Notes under the pieces: model-generated
Seen by the model: the letters and a program-made list of their open reading frames with translations, nothing else
Databases searched by the model: none
Told to the model about the DNA's origin: nothing
Translations under genes and position numbers: made by a program
Part shown: positions 25,745 through 39,930 of the stretch, piece by piece
Position numbering within the stretch: the stretch's first letter is position 1
How the letters are laid out: every line of letters starts with the position of its first letter
Source of the DNA: Gekko japonicus
Taxonomy: Eukaryota
Assembly: GCF_001447785.1 (NCBI RefSeq)
Contig: NW_015167624.1
Location: forward strand, 1-64,000
Direction: 5' to 3'
Length of the DNA: 64,000 nt

Positions 25745-26025
25745 GAGCCAGTTTGGAGTGGTGGTTAAGTGCACGGACTCTAATCTGGGAGAACCGGGTC
25801 TGATTCCCCACTCCTCCACTTGCGCCTGCTGGGTGACCTTGGGCGAGCCGTAGCTCTGATGAGAGCTGTTCTTGAAAAAGAGCAGTTTCCATCAGAGCTC
25901 TCTCAGCCCCACCTACCTCACAGGGTGTCTGTTGTGGGGAGGGGAAGGGAAAGGAGTTTGTAAGCCACTCTGAGACACCTTTGGGTTGTGAAGGGCGGGG
26001 TATAAATCCAATCTCTTCTTCTTCA
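25745..26025 (+). mobile_element. Squam3-like tRNA-derived SINE (representative; further copies about 29565-29845, 34228-34520, 37383-37640, 38455-38716, 41440-41725, 42040-42308, 45381-45658, 45743-46017, 46651-46938, 52545-52828, 54597-55000, 55502-56022, 62500-62765)
   Basis: A/B-box head (tggtgtagtggttaag...ggtttgattccc) and (CTT)n tail. Confidence 0.8.
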
Positions 26026-26052
26026 GCCTTTCAAATACTTAGCAATCATGTC

Positions 26053-26258
26053 CAGTGTTCCCTCTAAGCTGAGTTAGTGTGAGCTAGCTCACAGTTTTTT
26101 AGCCTCCGGCTCATGCATTTTTGTCTTAGCTCAGGAAGGACAGCTCCAGAGCAAACTGATTCATGCAGGAGCCAAATCACTTGCTCACAACTTTAATGCT
26201 AGTAGCTCACGAAGTAGAATTTTTGCTCACAAGACTCCGCAGACTAGAGGGAACACTG
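26053..26258. mobile_element. hAT MITE (TIR CAGTGTTCCCTCTA); other copies about 39513-40100, 49972-50178, 51857-52062, 57784-57990, 63243-63449
   Basis: TIRs plus perfect 8-bp TSD ATCATGTC; inserted in a CR1 fragment. Confidence 0.88.
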
Positions 26259-26536
26259 ATCATGTCCCCCCTCAATGTCCTCTTCTGCAGACTGAACATT
26301 CCCAAGTCCCTCAGCTTCTCCTTGTAGGGCTTGGTCTCCAGGTCAGGGCTTGCTGAAGAGAGAACTAAAATATTAGGATATGTGTCTATGGCTATACAAA
26401 GCACAGAGGCAGGCAGAGGATCAGTAGAAGAAATGGTTACGGAAATATAGGGAACTGAAAGTGTCGTTCGCAGAAGTGTGCTAAGGAAACAGAAACGTCC
26501 CTTTTGCATCCTGTGTTCACTGTCCTTCTCTCCCAG

Positions 26537-26683
26537 ATCATCACATCAGAAGAGGCAGAGCGACGGGGCCAGATCTATGACCGGCAGGGTGCCACTTACC
26601 TGTTTGACCTGGACTATGTAGAGGACGTATATACGGTGGATGCTGCCTACTATGGCAACATTTCGCATTTTGTCAATCACAGT
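26537..26683 (+). CDS. SUV39H1: SUV39H1 exon 4 ([27 protein letters not shown]...SHFVNHS)
   Basis: tcccag acceptor, gtgagt donor; SET domain. Confidence 0.97.
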
Positions 26684-26759
26684 GTGAGTAGAGAGGGTCA
26701 CAATGGGGGGGGGGGGCGCATTTCCTTAACATGGTATTGGTGGAAAAAAACTGTCAGAC

Positions 26760-26936
26760 TGCAGCCAACTTAGGGCGACCCCCACAGTGTTTTCTAGGCA
26801 AGAGGTGGTTTGCCATCGCCTGCCTCTGCGTGGCAATCCTGGACTTCCTTGGCAGTCTCCCACCCGAGTACTAACCACGGCCGACCCTGATTAGCTTCCA
26901 AGATCTGATAAGATCGGGCTAGCCTGGCCGATCCAG
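26760..26936 (-). mobile_element. 5S rRNA-derived SINE (other copies about 7420-7570, 12180-12370, 25295-25490, 33780-33970, 40125-40325)
   Basis: Minus strand reads cccgatcttatcagatcttggaagctaatcagggtcggccgtggttagtactcgggtgggagac, matching the 5S internal control region, followed by a non-5S tail. Confidence 0.75.
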
Positions 26937-27002
26937 ATTAACATACCATCTTAATTCAGGATTTGATTTGAGTTCTCCTCTCCGTTGTTATCTGCTTTCC
27001 AG

Positions 27003-27132
27003 TGTAACCCCAACCTCCAGGTGTACAACGTCTTCATTGAAAACTTGGACGAGCGGCTGCCGCGCATTGCCTTCTTCGCCACTCGCTCGATCCGTATTGG
27101 GGAGGAACTCACCTTTGACTACAACATGCAAG
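27003..27132 (+). CDS. SUV39H1: SUV39H1 exon 5 ([43 protein letters not shown])
   Basis: ttccag acceptor, gtaaac donor; ELTFDY motif. Confidence 0.97.
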
Positions 27133-28244
27133 GTAAACTGCAGAAATTTGGAAGGGCCTTGGGGCCTGTCACAGTTTGTGCAATGCAGTTTGGGTTGCAA
27201 GGGTTAGGACACGAGGGTCCTGTTGAACTATTTTTTAAAAGTTAGATTTTGTCTGCGTTGAAACACTGTATTTGTAACTTAACTGTGGCATCTTCTATGT
27301 AAGTGCCGGGTAATTAGAAAGCATTCATGTGAGACCCAGCGTGGTTAAGAGTGGCAGGCTCTAATCTGGAGAACCAGGTTTGATTGCCCACTCCTTCATG
27401 TGAAGCCTGTTGAGTGACCATGGGCCAGTTATCATTTTCTCTGAACATTCTCAGAAGGGAGAGGCGGACATAAATCGCTTCAAGACTCCTTAGGGCAGAG
27501 AAAAGCAGGATATAAAAACCAACTCTTAAGAACATAAGAACATAAGAGACGCCAATGTTGGATCAGGCCAAAGGCCCATCTAGTCCAACACTCTGTGTCA
27601 CACAGTGGCCAGAAATACCAGGTGCCTTCAGGAGGTCCACCAGTGGGGCCAGGACATTAGAAGCCCTCCCACTGTTGACCCCCCCCCCAAGCACCAAGAA
27701 GAGAGAGCATCACTTGCCCCAGAGCCCCTATCTATACCTTGTGGCTAATAGCCACTGATGGACCTCTGCTCCATATGCCTATCTAACTCTTCTTCCTCAT
27801 TATGACAGGTCACTGTTAAAGGAAGCAGGGCATTGCTAGAGCACAGTCTGTTGGGGCGAATAAATAACTGTGCTATCAGGGACCATCTGCTGGGAGCTGT
27901 AATATTTATTTTCATTTATTTACTTGCTCAATCTATGCCCCACTTTTCTCCCCAGTGGGACTCAGGGTGGCTTACATCATTCTCCTTTCCCCCATTTTAT
28001 TCTCAAACAACCCAGTGAGACAGGTTAGGCCAAGAGTGTGCCAGCGGCCCACGGTCACACGGCAAGCTTCCATAGTGGAGTGGGGATTTGAACCCGGGTT
28101 TCCCGGATCGTAGTCCGACACTCTATTCACTACACTATGCTGCTGTGTATGATGGCAGGTATGGTACAAAATAAGTGTTTCTGGCTCCAGTATTGATTCC
28201 ACACCTGTCTGCCCCTTCTCTCATCCCCCCCCCCTCCTGCACAG

Positions 28245-28381
28245 TGGACCCGGTAAATGCAGAGAGCACACGGATGGACACTAATTTTGGTCTCATGGGA
28301 GGCCTGACTGGCTCCCCAAAGAAGCGGATGCGCATTGAGTGTAAGTGTGGCATGGAGTCCTGCCGAAAATACCTCTTCTAG
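28245..28381 (+). CDS. SUV39H1: SUV39H1 exon 6 (post-SET, ends CRKYLF*)
   Basis: gcacag acceptor; TAG stop ending at 28381. Confidence 0.97.
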
Positions 28382-30789
28382 TTTCTTGGCAGTTTTGCTT
28401 GGGAGACGTCTGGCCACGCTTGAACTGGAAGGCAAAGAGATGAACTGGCAGCTGCTGCAAAATGGCCATCTAAGAATGACCGTACCTGCTTAAGAAAACG
28501 GATGAGCGGGACTGTGAACGACATCAGCGGGCAGTGACCCGCATCTGTTGTGCTGCCCTGCCTCCACTTAACGGCTTCTCATTGCCAAGCAGGAGTATTC
28601 TAATGGTATGCGAGGGACTTTTCAATACGCAGGTGATTAAATTGACTTGTTGGACTTGCTGCTGAGATGCTGGCTACAAGGACAACAGCCTAGGATGGAT
28701 CGTAAATCTGCCAGGGGTGTCTTCTCCACATCAGTTTATTATTAGGAAGGCTTGATTGCAGGTGCCGTGGGGCAGAGAACACTGGCTAATTTCTTGGTTG
28801 CGGTTTACTAAAGAGATAGAAGGTCTGGCTTTCTAAAGGGCAAGCGCTTACTGGTTGCCTTACAGAGAGATGGAAAACCGCCCCCCCCCCGCCACTTGGT
28901 TTTTAATGGATTTGGCAGGGCGCAAGCTCTGCATTACCTCAGTGTGCTACATACAACTGCTGTCCATCTCTGTTCATTCACAGAAACTCCTTTCAGCATA
29001 GCGCAGTTTCCAAGATAATTTGTACTTGAAGTCGCACTTATTGCCTATCTCAGAGTTGTCCTATGCAAACAGACAAGCCATCGTCACCTCTCTTAACTAA
29101 TGTATTTTTACCCCCCTAAAGGGACATTTTTTTTAAAAGCGCATTTGTGGGAGTGCAGGGCAAAGAATCTGGCAGCTAGAGGCAGCTGTGTTTTGGGAGC
29201 TGCAGCAAAGCTTCTGACCGTTGGTTGATGGACTTAATTAGATCGTTGGTTTCTCTATTCTGTTGGATTCTTCATTCTGTTTGCAAATTAACACTTTGTA
29301 TCGTTTCTTTTAAAAAAAACACCAAAAAACAAAACTCGGATGGTTTGACGTATGATTGTGTATGGAGAACGGGAACTGGAAGCAGTTTCAAACCTAGCAA
29401 GAGGAAGGCGAAGTGGAGGCTGGCTAACATTTGAGGAAATCGTACCCGGGACTCAGAGCTTTCACATCCTTGCTGCATATTTTACTGGCCTCTGATTACT
29501 GGGAAAAAGGGGTGGGTGTTACAGAGGGCGTTGCATTTCTGTTCGACTTATAGAACACATATAGAGAGCCAGTTTGGTGTAGTGGTTAAGTGTGCGGACT
29601 CTAATCTGGGAGAACCGGGTTTGATTCCCCCACTCCTCCACTTGCACCTGCTGATGTGACCTTGGGTCAGTCACAAGCTCTGGCACAGCTGTTCCTGAAA
29701 GAGCAGTTTCTGTCAAGAGCTCTCTCAGCCCCACCCACCTCACAGGGTGTCTGTTGTGGGGAGGGGAAGGGAAAGGAGTTTGTAAGCCGCTCTGAGACTC
29801 CAAGTGAAGTGCGGGGTATAAATCCAATCTCCTCCTCTTCCTCCTCCACATGAAGCTCCCTAGTAGTGAATAAGACCATTGGACCCTCAAGGTTAGTCAG
29901 ACTGGCAGTGGCTCTTCAGGTACTCATGCAGAGGTCTTTCTCATCATCTTCCACCTGATCCTCTTAGACAGAGATGCCAGGGATTTAACCTGGGACCTTG
30001 TGCATGCCAAGTACATACTCTACCAGGGGCCCTACCTTAAGTTAGGCTTTCTTTCCTTCTCTGCCCTGAAGAACTAATGAAAAGATATTCCCACATTTCA
30101 GGATGTAGGTGAATAATGATGGGACATCTCTGGGTTGTAGCTCCTGTAAGTAGAGAGCTAATGGAGAACGAGCTGCTCCTATACTAGGTTTTAAAAGGTA
30201 AAGGTTCCCTTGCCTGAAAGCCAGTCGAATCCGACTCTAGGGTTGCGGTGCTCATCTCCGTTTCAAAGCCGAAGAGCCAGCGCTGTCCGAAGACGTTTCC
30301 GTGGTCATGTGGCCGGCGTGACTAAACACCAAGGCGCACGGAACGCCTTCCCACCGAAGTGGTCCCTATTTATCTACTTGCAATTTCTTGCTTTCGACCT
30401 TGGTTGGCAGGAGATACTAGGTTTTAATGGTGTTGAATTAGAAAAAAATAGTTAGTGGCCACTGAGGAGAAGACGTTCCCGGAAGGGCTTAACATGGCTG
30501 TCCCTTCTGCACTGCAAGACGCAGAACTACTCTTCACAGTGCTGCTCATTTTCAATGCTGAAGGTTAAACAGAAGTTCTTCTATGCCATCTATATTTTCC
30601 ACTGGTTATAAGCAAGTGCAAATTGTGGCTTTCATATGAGGGGAATCTAGCTCAGGAGTCCCCAAGCTTTTCAAGCCTGCGGGCCCCTTTGGAATTCTGA
30701 CACAGGGCAGTGGGCACAATCACACAGTGGCTGCTGGAGGAGGCAGTGCCAACCACAGAATGTCAGAGAGCAAGGTTATATATAACCAG

Positions 30790-31242
30790 AACCAACAGGC
30801 TGAAATATAAAGAGTTTTCGGCTAAACGGTAGGAAGAACTTCCTGACAGTTAGAGCGGTTCCTCGGTGGAACAGGCTTCCTTGGGAGGTAGTGGGCTCTC
30901 CTTTGGAGGTTTCCAAGCAGAGGCTAGATGTCCATCTGACAGCAATGCGGATTCTGTGAATTTAGGCATATCGTGAGAGGGAGGGCAGGAAGGGTTGCCT
31001 CAGTGCTTAGTTCTCATGGCCTTTTCTTACACGCTTAGGGAAATGTCGATCGCCACTCTGGGGTCAGGAAGCCATTTTTCTCCAGACCAGTTTGGCTGGG
31101 GATCCTGGAGGATTTTTGTCATCTTCTGGGCGTGGAAGAGTGGTTAATTGGGGTGTGTGTGGGGGGGTGTTTGTGAACTTCCTGCATTGTGCCGGGGGCT
31201 GGACTAGATGACCCTGGAGGTCCCTTCCAACTCTATGATTCT
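30790..31242 (+). mobile_element. CR1 LINE 3' fragment (similar copy about 61290-61750)
   Basis: ggactagatgaccctggaggtcccttccaactctatgattc terminus. Confidence 0.8.
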
Positions 31243-33533
31243 AAACACTAATAGTACCTCTTCAAAATTTCAGACAGAAGCTCTGTTTAACACGATGTCT
31301 TTTAATTTGCACAGCCAATCAGAAGCCCTCCTGTGCAAAAGCCTCACCTACCCCTGCCCACTTTCCAAAAGCACTTGGAGGGTACCAGGAAAGGTGTTGG
31401 TGGGTCCCATGGCGCCGAAAAGCACCACACCGGTGACTGCTGACGTAGCTAGCTGCTTAGAGTGAGTAACGTGGAGCTGCTGTGGTCAACGGGCAGAGAT
31501 TCGCTAGGTGACATCTTCTGTTGAGAATTTATCCTAACGAGAGGGAGCCGTCCAAGGAAAAAAAGCAGCAGCCAAACTTCATGCCAGCGGCACAAGCAGT
31601 CCACCATCAGTGGCCTGTCGTGACCAGGTCCATGTTCTTTAGAACTCGTCCTGCATGTCTATCTCATTTTGGTCAACTTCTTCCCTGCTTCTGTGAACCG
31701 GAACTGGCCCTGGTACCAGGTTTTTTGAGTGCTAGTCGCTCAAGATCTCAGAGTACCAAAACTGTAGACTCCTACAGGTAGTACACAATCCACTTATGCG
31801 CTTAATGTTTTGCAGTGATAGAACATGCCACAGCAAGAATAGGCTCATAGCCTTCTTGGGGGGGGGGAGGAAATACCCCTTATCATTGGTCAAATTGACA
31901 TCAATTTATTTTTAAAAATTAGGATTCAGGTAAACTGCCCTTTGCAATTCATTAGAAACGCAGCCGTCTCATCTGCATAAATGAGACTGTGGGAAATTAG
32001 TTTTAGGATTCCTATGCTATTTTGAACTGTCCCTTTACAGTTTGATCTCCATTATTCGTGCCCTCGCCCCTGCAAATAATTTCCTGGAGCTGGAACGATT
32101 ACATGGCTTGTTACAAACATCAGTTACAAACATCAGTTCACCGCCATTAGTACGTTGTCATAATTCTCTTACCTGTAACATCACAGCTCTCAGCCTTGCA
32201 AGAGGCTTTGCACCTTGCTTTAAACCCTAAAGATGTATCTAGCTTGTACTTCAACTGATATTGGTCTCTCTGCTGATCTCGCACTTAAAAGGGAGTTTAG
32301 AAATATCCCTTATTTAATTAGATTTTAAGCATCTGGACGCCTCTCTGAAAAACCGGAACAAGTCACCTTTCCCAGTGCTGCAGTGCTTACTGAAACTTAG
32401 ATCCTTTTCCCCTGGTTCACGCTAGAGAAAAACAAAACGGTAGGGAAGACACTACCACACCCACAATACAGAGACGTTTCATTACAACTTGCCCCCGACC
32501 CCTTATTACAATGCTATACATGCCATACGGCACACGACTATGTTTTCCTCATACAGCTTCCACAGCAGCTTAATAAACTCGGCTTCGTCCGTGTTTAGAC
32601 CCAGGCTGCCAGGAGCGTCTGTCCTTCCATACAGCTGCCAAGGGTATCCCAGCCGCAGCTTGGGTGAACTCCGCAACCCCCAGCAACAGCAGCAGCATTC
32701 CAAACTGTCAGGACTTGCTTCTTCGTAGCACTAGCTTAGGCCTGGTGTTAACCTTCTCCTTTCAGTAAGGGGGAAGACATTCAATCACTGGAAGTTTGCC
32801 GCCAAGAGACATGGTGGAAAAAGAGTCAAGGAACTGGGATTTTCTCATGCTAAGTCGGGAGTTAGAACTTCAGATGTCTGCAAGCCCCGAAACGTAGATC
32901 TTGCCAGCTAATCCTGAGACGACAGCTCAGTCTGGAACCTGATGGAGGCAAGAAAATTGGTCCTCAGTATAATACGGAGACTGGTGCTTTCGTGTTGCTT
33001 GTGACAGGACCTGGCTTTTCTGGAAGGAACTGGGTAACCAAAGCTGTTTCACAGAGCAGGCTGTACGTAGAACGGTGACCATCAGACCCCACCCGCACAA
33101 GTCGGAAGTCCCGTGGTTCCAGATCCTCTCTTGTCAACTAACAGCCAGAGGTCTACCAACCCCTTTTCAGCAGACAGCGCTGACAGTTGTAGCTGCCGTC
33201 AAAAGGAGAGAACATCCAGGAAAAGTCACTGATGAAAGGAAACCGTGCACGAAAGGAAGGACGTGGCATGTAGTCTTTTGATTCCCCTTCCGCCTGTACA
33301 AAGCTCCGCTAACTGAAAAGCAGGGAAGCAATGACTGCTATTTCAGTGCAGCAATAGGCTCAGTGTTTTTCCTATGTGCAGGGGGTGCAAAATTAACCAG
33401 CGAGAGGAAGAAGAAAGCCAGGCCCGTCTGTTCCTTTTCAGGGCTCCGGACTGCCGTTCTGTCGCTTCCTTCCACAACCCATCCAGTACGTGTACTCATC
33501 TCCACCTGCTGGAGGAGGGGAGGAACGGGTTTG

Positions 33534-33806
<273 letters not shown>

Positions 33807-34664
33807 TCACCCCGTAGGCAACAGACAGACAAAGTAGTTTGCCATTGCCTGCCCCTGTGTAGCAACCTTGGGCTTCCTCAGTGGTCTCCCGTGCAAGTAC
33901 CCATCGGGGCTGACCCTACTTAGCTTCTGAGATCTGATGAGATGCAGCCTGGTACCATCCAGGTCGGGGTCTCTATAACCACAGGCCCCTCACAACAGGG
34001 GAGAGTGCCTTTTCTACCCTTTACCATTAGTCCCGGCTGCCGTTTGGAAAGGAGAAGCGGTAGACGGGCTTGGCAAACCACAGGGAATCCCACGAACAGA
34101 TGAAGCGGCCGGATACTGAATCAGACCCCTCGGTCCATCAGAGCCAGCATGGTCTACTCAGACTGGCAGCGGCTCTCCAGGGCCTCAGGCCGAGGTCCTT
34201 CTCATCACTTCTACAACCTGATTCCTTGAGGCAGTTTGGTGTAAGAGAGCCAGTTTGGTGTCGTGGTTAGGAGCGCAGACTCTAATCTGGAGAACCGGGT
34301 TTGATTCCCCCACTCCTCCACACACAATTGCTGGCGTGACCTTGGGTCAGTCGCAGTTCTCTCAGAGCTGTTCTCTCAAGAGCAGTCCTTGAAGGAGCTC
34401 TCTCAGCCCCACCTCCCTCACAGGGTGTCTGTTGTGGGGAGGGGAGGGGAAGGGAAAGGAGACTGTAAGCTGCTCTGAGACTCCAAGTGAAGGGTGGGGT
34501 ACAAACCCAATCTCTTCTTACTGGAGACGCTGGGGACTGAACCTGGCAACCTTCCGCATGCCAAGCAGATGGTCTACCCCTGAGCCACAGCAACTCCCCA
34601 GATCCCAGGATCTAAAGCAACTGCCCTCCACCCCCTCTGTGATGAAAGGTTAGGCCCACTGGTA

Positions 34665-35482
<818 letters not shown>

Positions 35483-35526
35483 TTAAGCGTCACTGCCGGC
35501 AGAGCGGCGCCTCGTCAGGACTCTCA

Positions 35527-35784
<258 letters not shown>

Positions 35785-35787
35785 TCA

Positions 35788-36003
<216 letters not shown>

Positions 36004-37786
36004 TCATACTGCCGCATAAAGCAGGGGACGGAGAACGGAAAAAAACACATGCCCTTCCGGTCTCATTTCTGCCCCTTCACTGGGGAGCTGGAACACCCGG
36101 AAGGGGGAAGGGCTTCCATAGGTGACGCGCTTCCTTCTCGCCTCCCTTCCCACACCTGCAAAAACCGAGCGGCTAGACCAATTGGCCTGGATCCTTTCAG
36201 AGGGGAGCCACGCGGGTCTGCGGCAGAAGAACAGCCAGATCTAAGCCCAGAAGCACCTTATAGTCCAACAAGATCTTGGGGGAATAAATGTTTTGGGAGT
36301 TGAAGCTTCCTTTGTCGGTGTGAAGAAATATGATTTTCCCGGGGGAGGGGGGTTTGAGAGGAGTAAAACCTCCCCTTTTGCGTTTTAACAGGATTTTTTT
36401 CCTCTGGGCAGAGAACAGGCGGGGGAGGGGGGAGTCTGTGCAATTGCTTTCCAGGCGTACCTCGGCGCACCTTCGTTAAAATGCTAACAGATCTATCAGA
36501 AGAGATAATGGGCGGGGCAAGATCTCCCCCTTCCTCCTAGTAGGGAACAGAGTTTTGGAGGGATAAAATCTAGGCAGTCTTTAGGAAGGAGTTTCCAGGA
36601 AACGCCTGTTTGACCCCACACGACCTGGTCAGTGGGATAGGATAAAAACTCCTTGCCCCAGGAAGGAGGCTCTCTCTTCCTTGGGTGCTGCATCTCTGAG
36701 TGCACACAGATCTCTCCTCTGGGCGGGCGGGCACTGCCCATGTGCTTGCCTCAAGAGCTGGAGCAAGCTGCAAGGTAATGGTAACTTTGCAGAGACCTAG
36801 AACTCCTAAGCTAAAGAGGCTGACCTGTATCTTAACAACTGATTGGGCATGTATAGAGAGAGGGACAGAGTGTATTTGCGCTTTACCTATTTTTTATCCC
36901 TTGCTCAGTTTGGTGCTGTGCTAAAAGTACGGTTGTAAACATCTTTTTAATAAATACTTCATAACGCTGGATGCTGGGAGTGGTCCTCTGTACCACATAG
37001 ACCTTCATTGTCTTAGACATGCTGTTTTAAAAGAAGCACCAGGAAGGGGGAAGCCAGGCAGTCGGCAAGTGGCCATTACTCTAGGGGCACGCAAGGCTGT
37101 AAACTGTCCCCGTGGTGACCAGGTGCCGGGCAGCAGGAGACACAGAGGCAGGGCCTCAGAACTTGGAAGGAAAGCTGGGATTCCTGACCCTCCCCGTGAG
37201 CAATTCCATACAGAGGTCAGGTAGTGGTGGTGGACTGCCCTGACAGTGGAAGAAAAGCCCCTCCAGGTGTGGAGAAACACCTGGGAGGGCAGGGTGGAAT
37301 GGGGCCACCAGGCCAGAGCAGTCCCATTTTGCCACAGTCAAATACCTGATCTTTATCTGAGGAAGAGAGCCTTGACTCTTGAAAGAAGAAGAAGAGTTGG
37401 ATTTATACCCCACCCTTCACTCGAAGCCTCATCTCAGAACGGCTTCCCTTCCTCTCCCCACAACAGACCCCCCCTGTGAGATCAGTGGGACTGAGAGAAA
37501 AGCTCTGAGAGAACAGCTCTGGGAGAACTGTGACTGACCCAAGGGTCAACCAGCTGGCTGAATGTGAAGGAGTGGGGAACCAAGCCCAGTTCTCCCAGAT
37601 TAGAATCCGCCACTCTTAATCATTACACCAAACTGGCTCTTGTTGGGTCTCTAAAGTGCTCCTGGACTTGAAGTTAGCTGTTCCAATCCGGATTCTAAGG
37701 TGCTGATGTTAAGCCAGAGAAAGCCTCCAAATCACAAAGGCCCAATATATTTTTGTTCATCGCCCGCTGGTAGAAAACGATCATCA

Positions 37787-38155
<369 letters not shown>

Positions 38156-38719
38156 TCAGCTGGCTGTGGACAGAACCACCCCTCCGAGAGGGTGGGAATC
38201 TCCCAGACCTCTAAATCGCACTCCAGGAACGAGCAGCCGTTTGTGCCAGGCACCGCCCAGAATGGGCTTCCCTTCCTATTGATTTTATAAATTCGATTTC
38301 TAAACCACCCTCCCCCCTACTTGGGGCTCAGGGCAGTGTAAAATACTCGAAGGGGGTACAATCATAAGCATTTAACACAAGTTAGAAACAATGAAACAGT
38401 TACAGTGACCATTCCAGATGGTGTCTGAATCAGATTTCTTGCCCCGGGGGGGAGAGAAGAAGAGATGGGATTTATACCCTGCCCTTCACTCGGAGTCTCA
38501 GAGCGGCTTACAAACTCCTTTTCCATCCCCTCCCCACCACAGATGACTTGTGAGGTAGGCGGGGCTGAAAGAGCTCTTTCGAGGACTGCTCTTTCAAGGA
38601 CAGCTCTGACAGAAACTATGGCTTGCCCAAGGTCATCCGGCAGGTGCAAGTGGAGGAGTGGGGAATCGAACCCGGTTCTCCCAGATTAGGGTCTGCGCAT
38701 TTAATCACTACACCAAAAA

Positions 38720-39300
38720 AGGAAGGCCAAGCTAAATGAAAGCCATTGCCGTCCTCAACGGTAGGCCTTGTGGAACTGATCTAGGTCCTGCAGGGCCCGG
38801 ATGCCATTTGGCAGAGAGCTCCACCGGGGCTGAGCCGGGGCTGAGAAAGCCCTGGCGTCTGGTTGAGGACCGCCGGATATTTTTCAGGCCAGGGATCACC
38901 AGTAGATTTTCCTCTGCTGAGCGCAGTGCTCTTCGGGGGGTACGTTGGTCCCAGACCGTTTAGGGCCTTAAAGGTTAATGCCAAAACCTTGAATCTGATC
39001 CAGTTTCAGTAGATTTTCCTCTACTGAGCGCAGTGCTCTTTGGGGGGTATGTTGGTCCCAGACCGTTTAGGGCATTAAAGGTTAATGCCAAAACCTTGAA
39101 TCTGATCCAGTTTTCAACCTGTAGCCAGTGCAGCCGGCGAAGCACGGGTTGGATATGTGCTGTTAATGGGGTTCCAGTGAGAACCCGAGCTGCTACATTC
39201 TGGGCCAGTTGCAACGTCCGGGTCAGTCTCAAGGGTTGCCCTGCATAGAGCGAGTTACAGTAGTCTAGCCTCGAGGTGACCGTTGCATGGATTACTGTGG
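38720..39300 (-). mobile_element. L2-type LINE fragment with internal 107-bp tandem duplication (38901-39114)
   Basis: LQLAQNVAARVLTG...LHWL motif. Confidence 0.75.
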
Positions 39301-39579
39301 CTAGGTGGCAGTAATGACCCCGGTTTCCCCAAGGAATGTTTAAGTAGTACTGTGGGGAAGGGAGGGACCATCCTATGCTTCTTGAACAGCGCCCGGCAGT
39401 ACTGAACTGTACTTACTGGTTGCGGCATATAGGGACTCTCCCAGCCTTCCACTTCTCATAGCTTTCACTGCCACCCCGCGAATAATAACCATCCAGCCTT
39501 GTTAGCGTGTGGCAGTGCTCTCTCTAAGGTGAGCTAGTGAGAGCTAGCTCACAGTTTTTTAGCCCCCCGGCCCACACAT

Positions 39580-39930
39580 GGTGGCTCAAGTGGTTAAGAC
39601 GCTGAACTGCAGGCTGTGGAAGGTCGGTAGTTCAGCAGTTCGAGACCCGAGTGTGCCCAATGACGGAGTGAGCTCCCGTCTCTAGTTCCAGCTCCTGCCA
39701 ACCTAGCAGTTCGAAAGCAAGAAATTGCAAGTAGATAAATAGGTACCACTTCGGTGGGAAGGTAACAGCGTTCCGTGCGCCTTGGTGTTTAGTCATGCCC
39801 GCCACATGACCACGGAAACGTCTTCGGACAGCGCTGGCTCTTCGGCTTTGAAACGGAGATGAGCACCGCAACCCTAGAGTCGGATTCGACTGGCTTTCGA
39901 GCAAGGGAAACCTTTACCTTTACCTTTTTA
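39580..39930 (+). mobile_element. Sauria SINE inserted in a hAT MITE
   Basis: Full body with cctttacctttaccttt tail; MITE sequence resumes downstream. Confidence 0.8.

Larger units (their letters stand above)
16747..28381 (+). other. SUV39H1: SUV39H1 gene, histone H3K9 methyltransferase; 6 coding exons, 1245 nt, 414 aa
   Basis: Exons of 19+146+666+147+130+137 nt join in frame; chromodomain, pre-SET, SET (NHS/C, ELTFDY) and post-SET (CKCG...CRKYLF). Confidence 0.97.

Noticed and set aside
25745-25820. tRNA gene
   Set aside because: tRNA-like head of a SINE with no complete cloverleaf
26840-26936. 5S rRNA gene
   Set aside because: Diverged, lacks proper ends, fused to a SINE tail and dispersed in multiple copies
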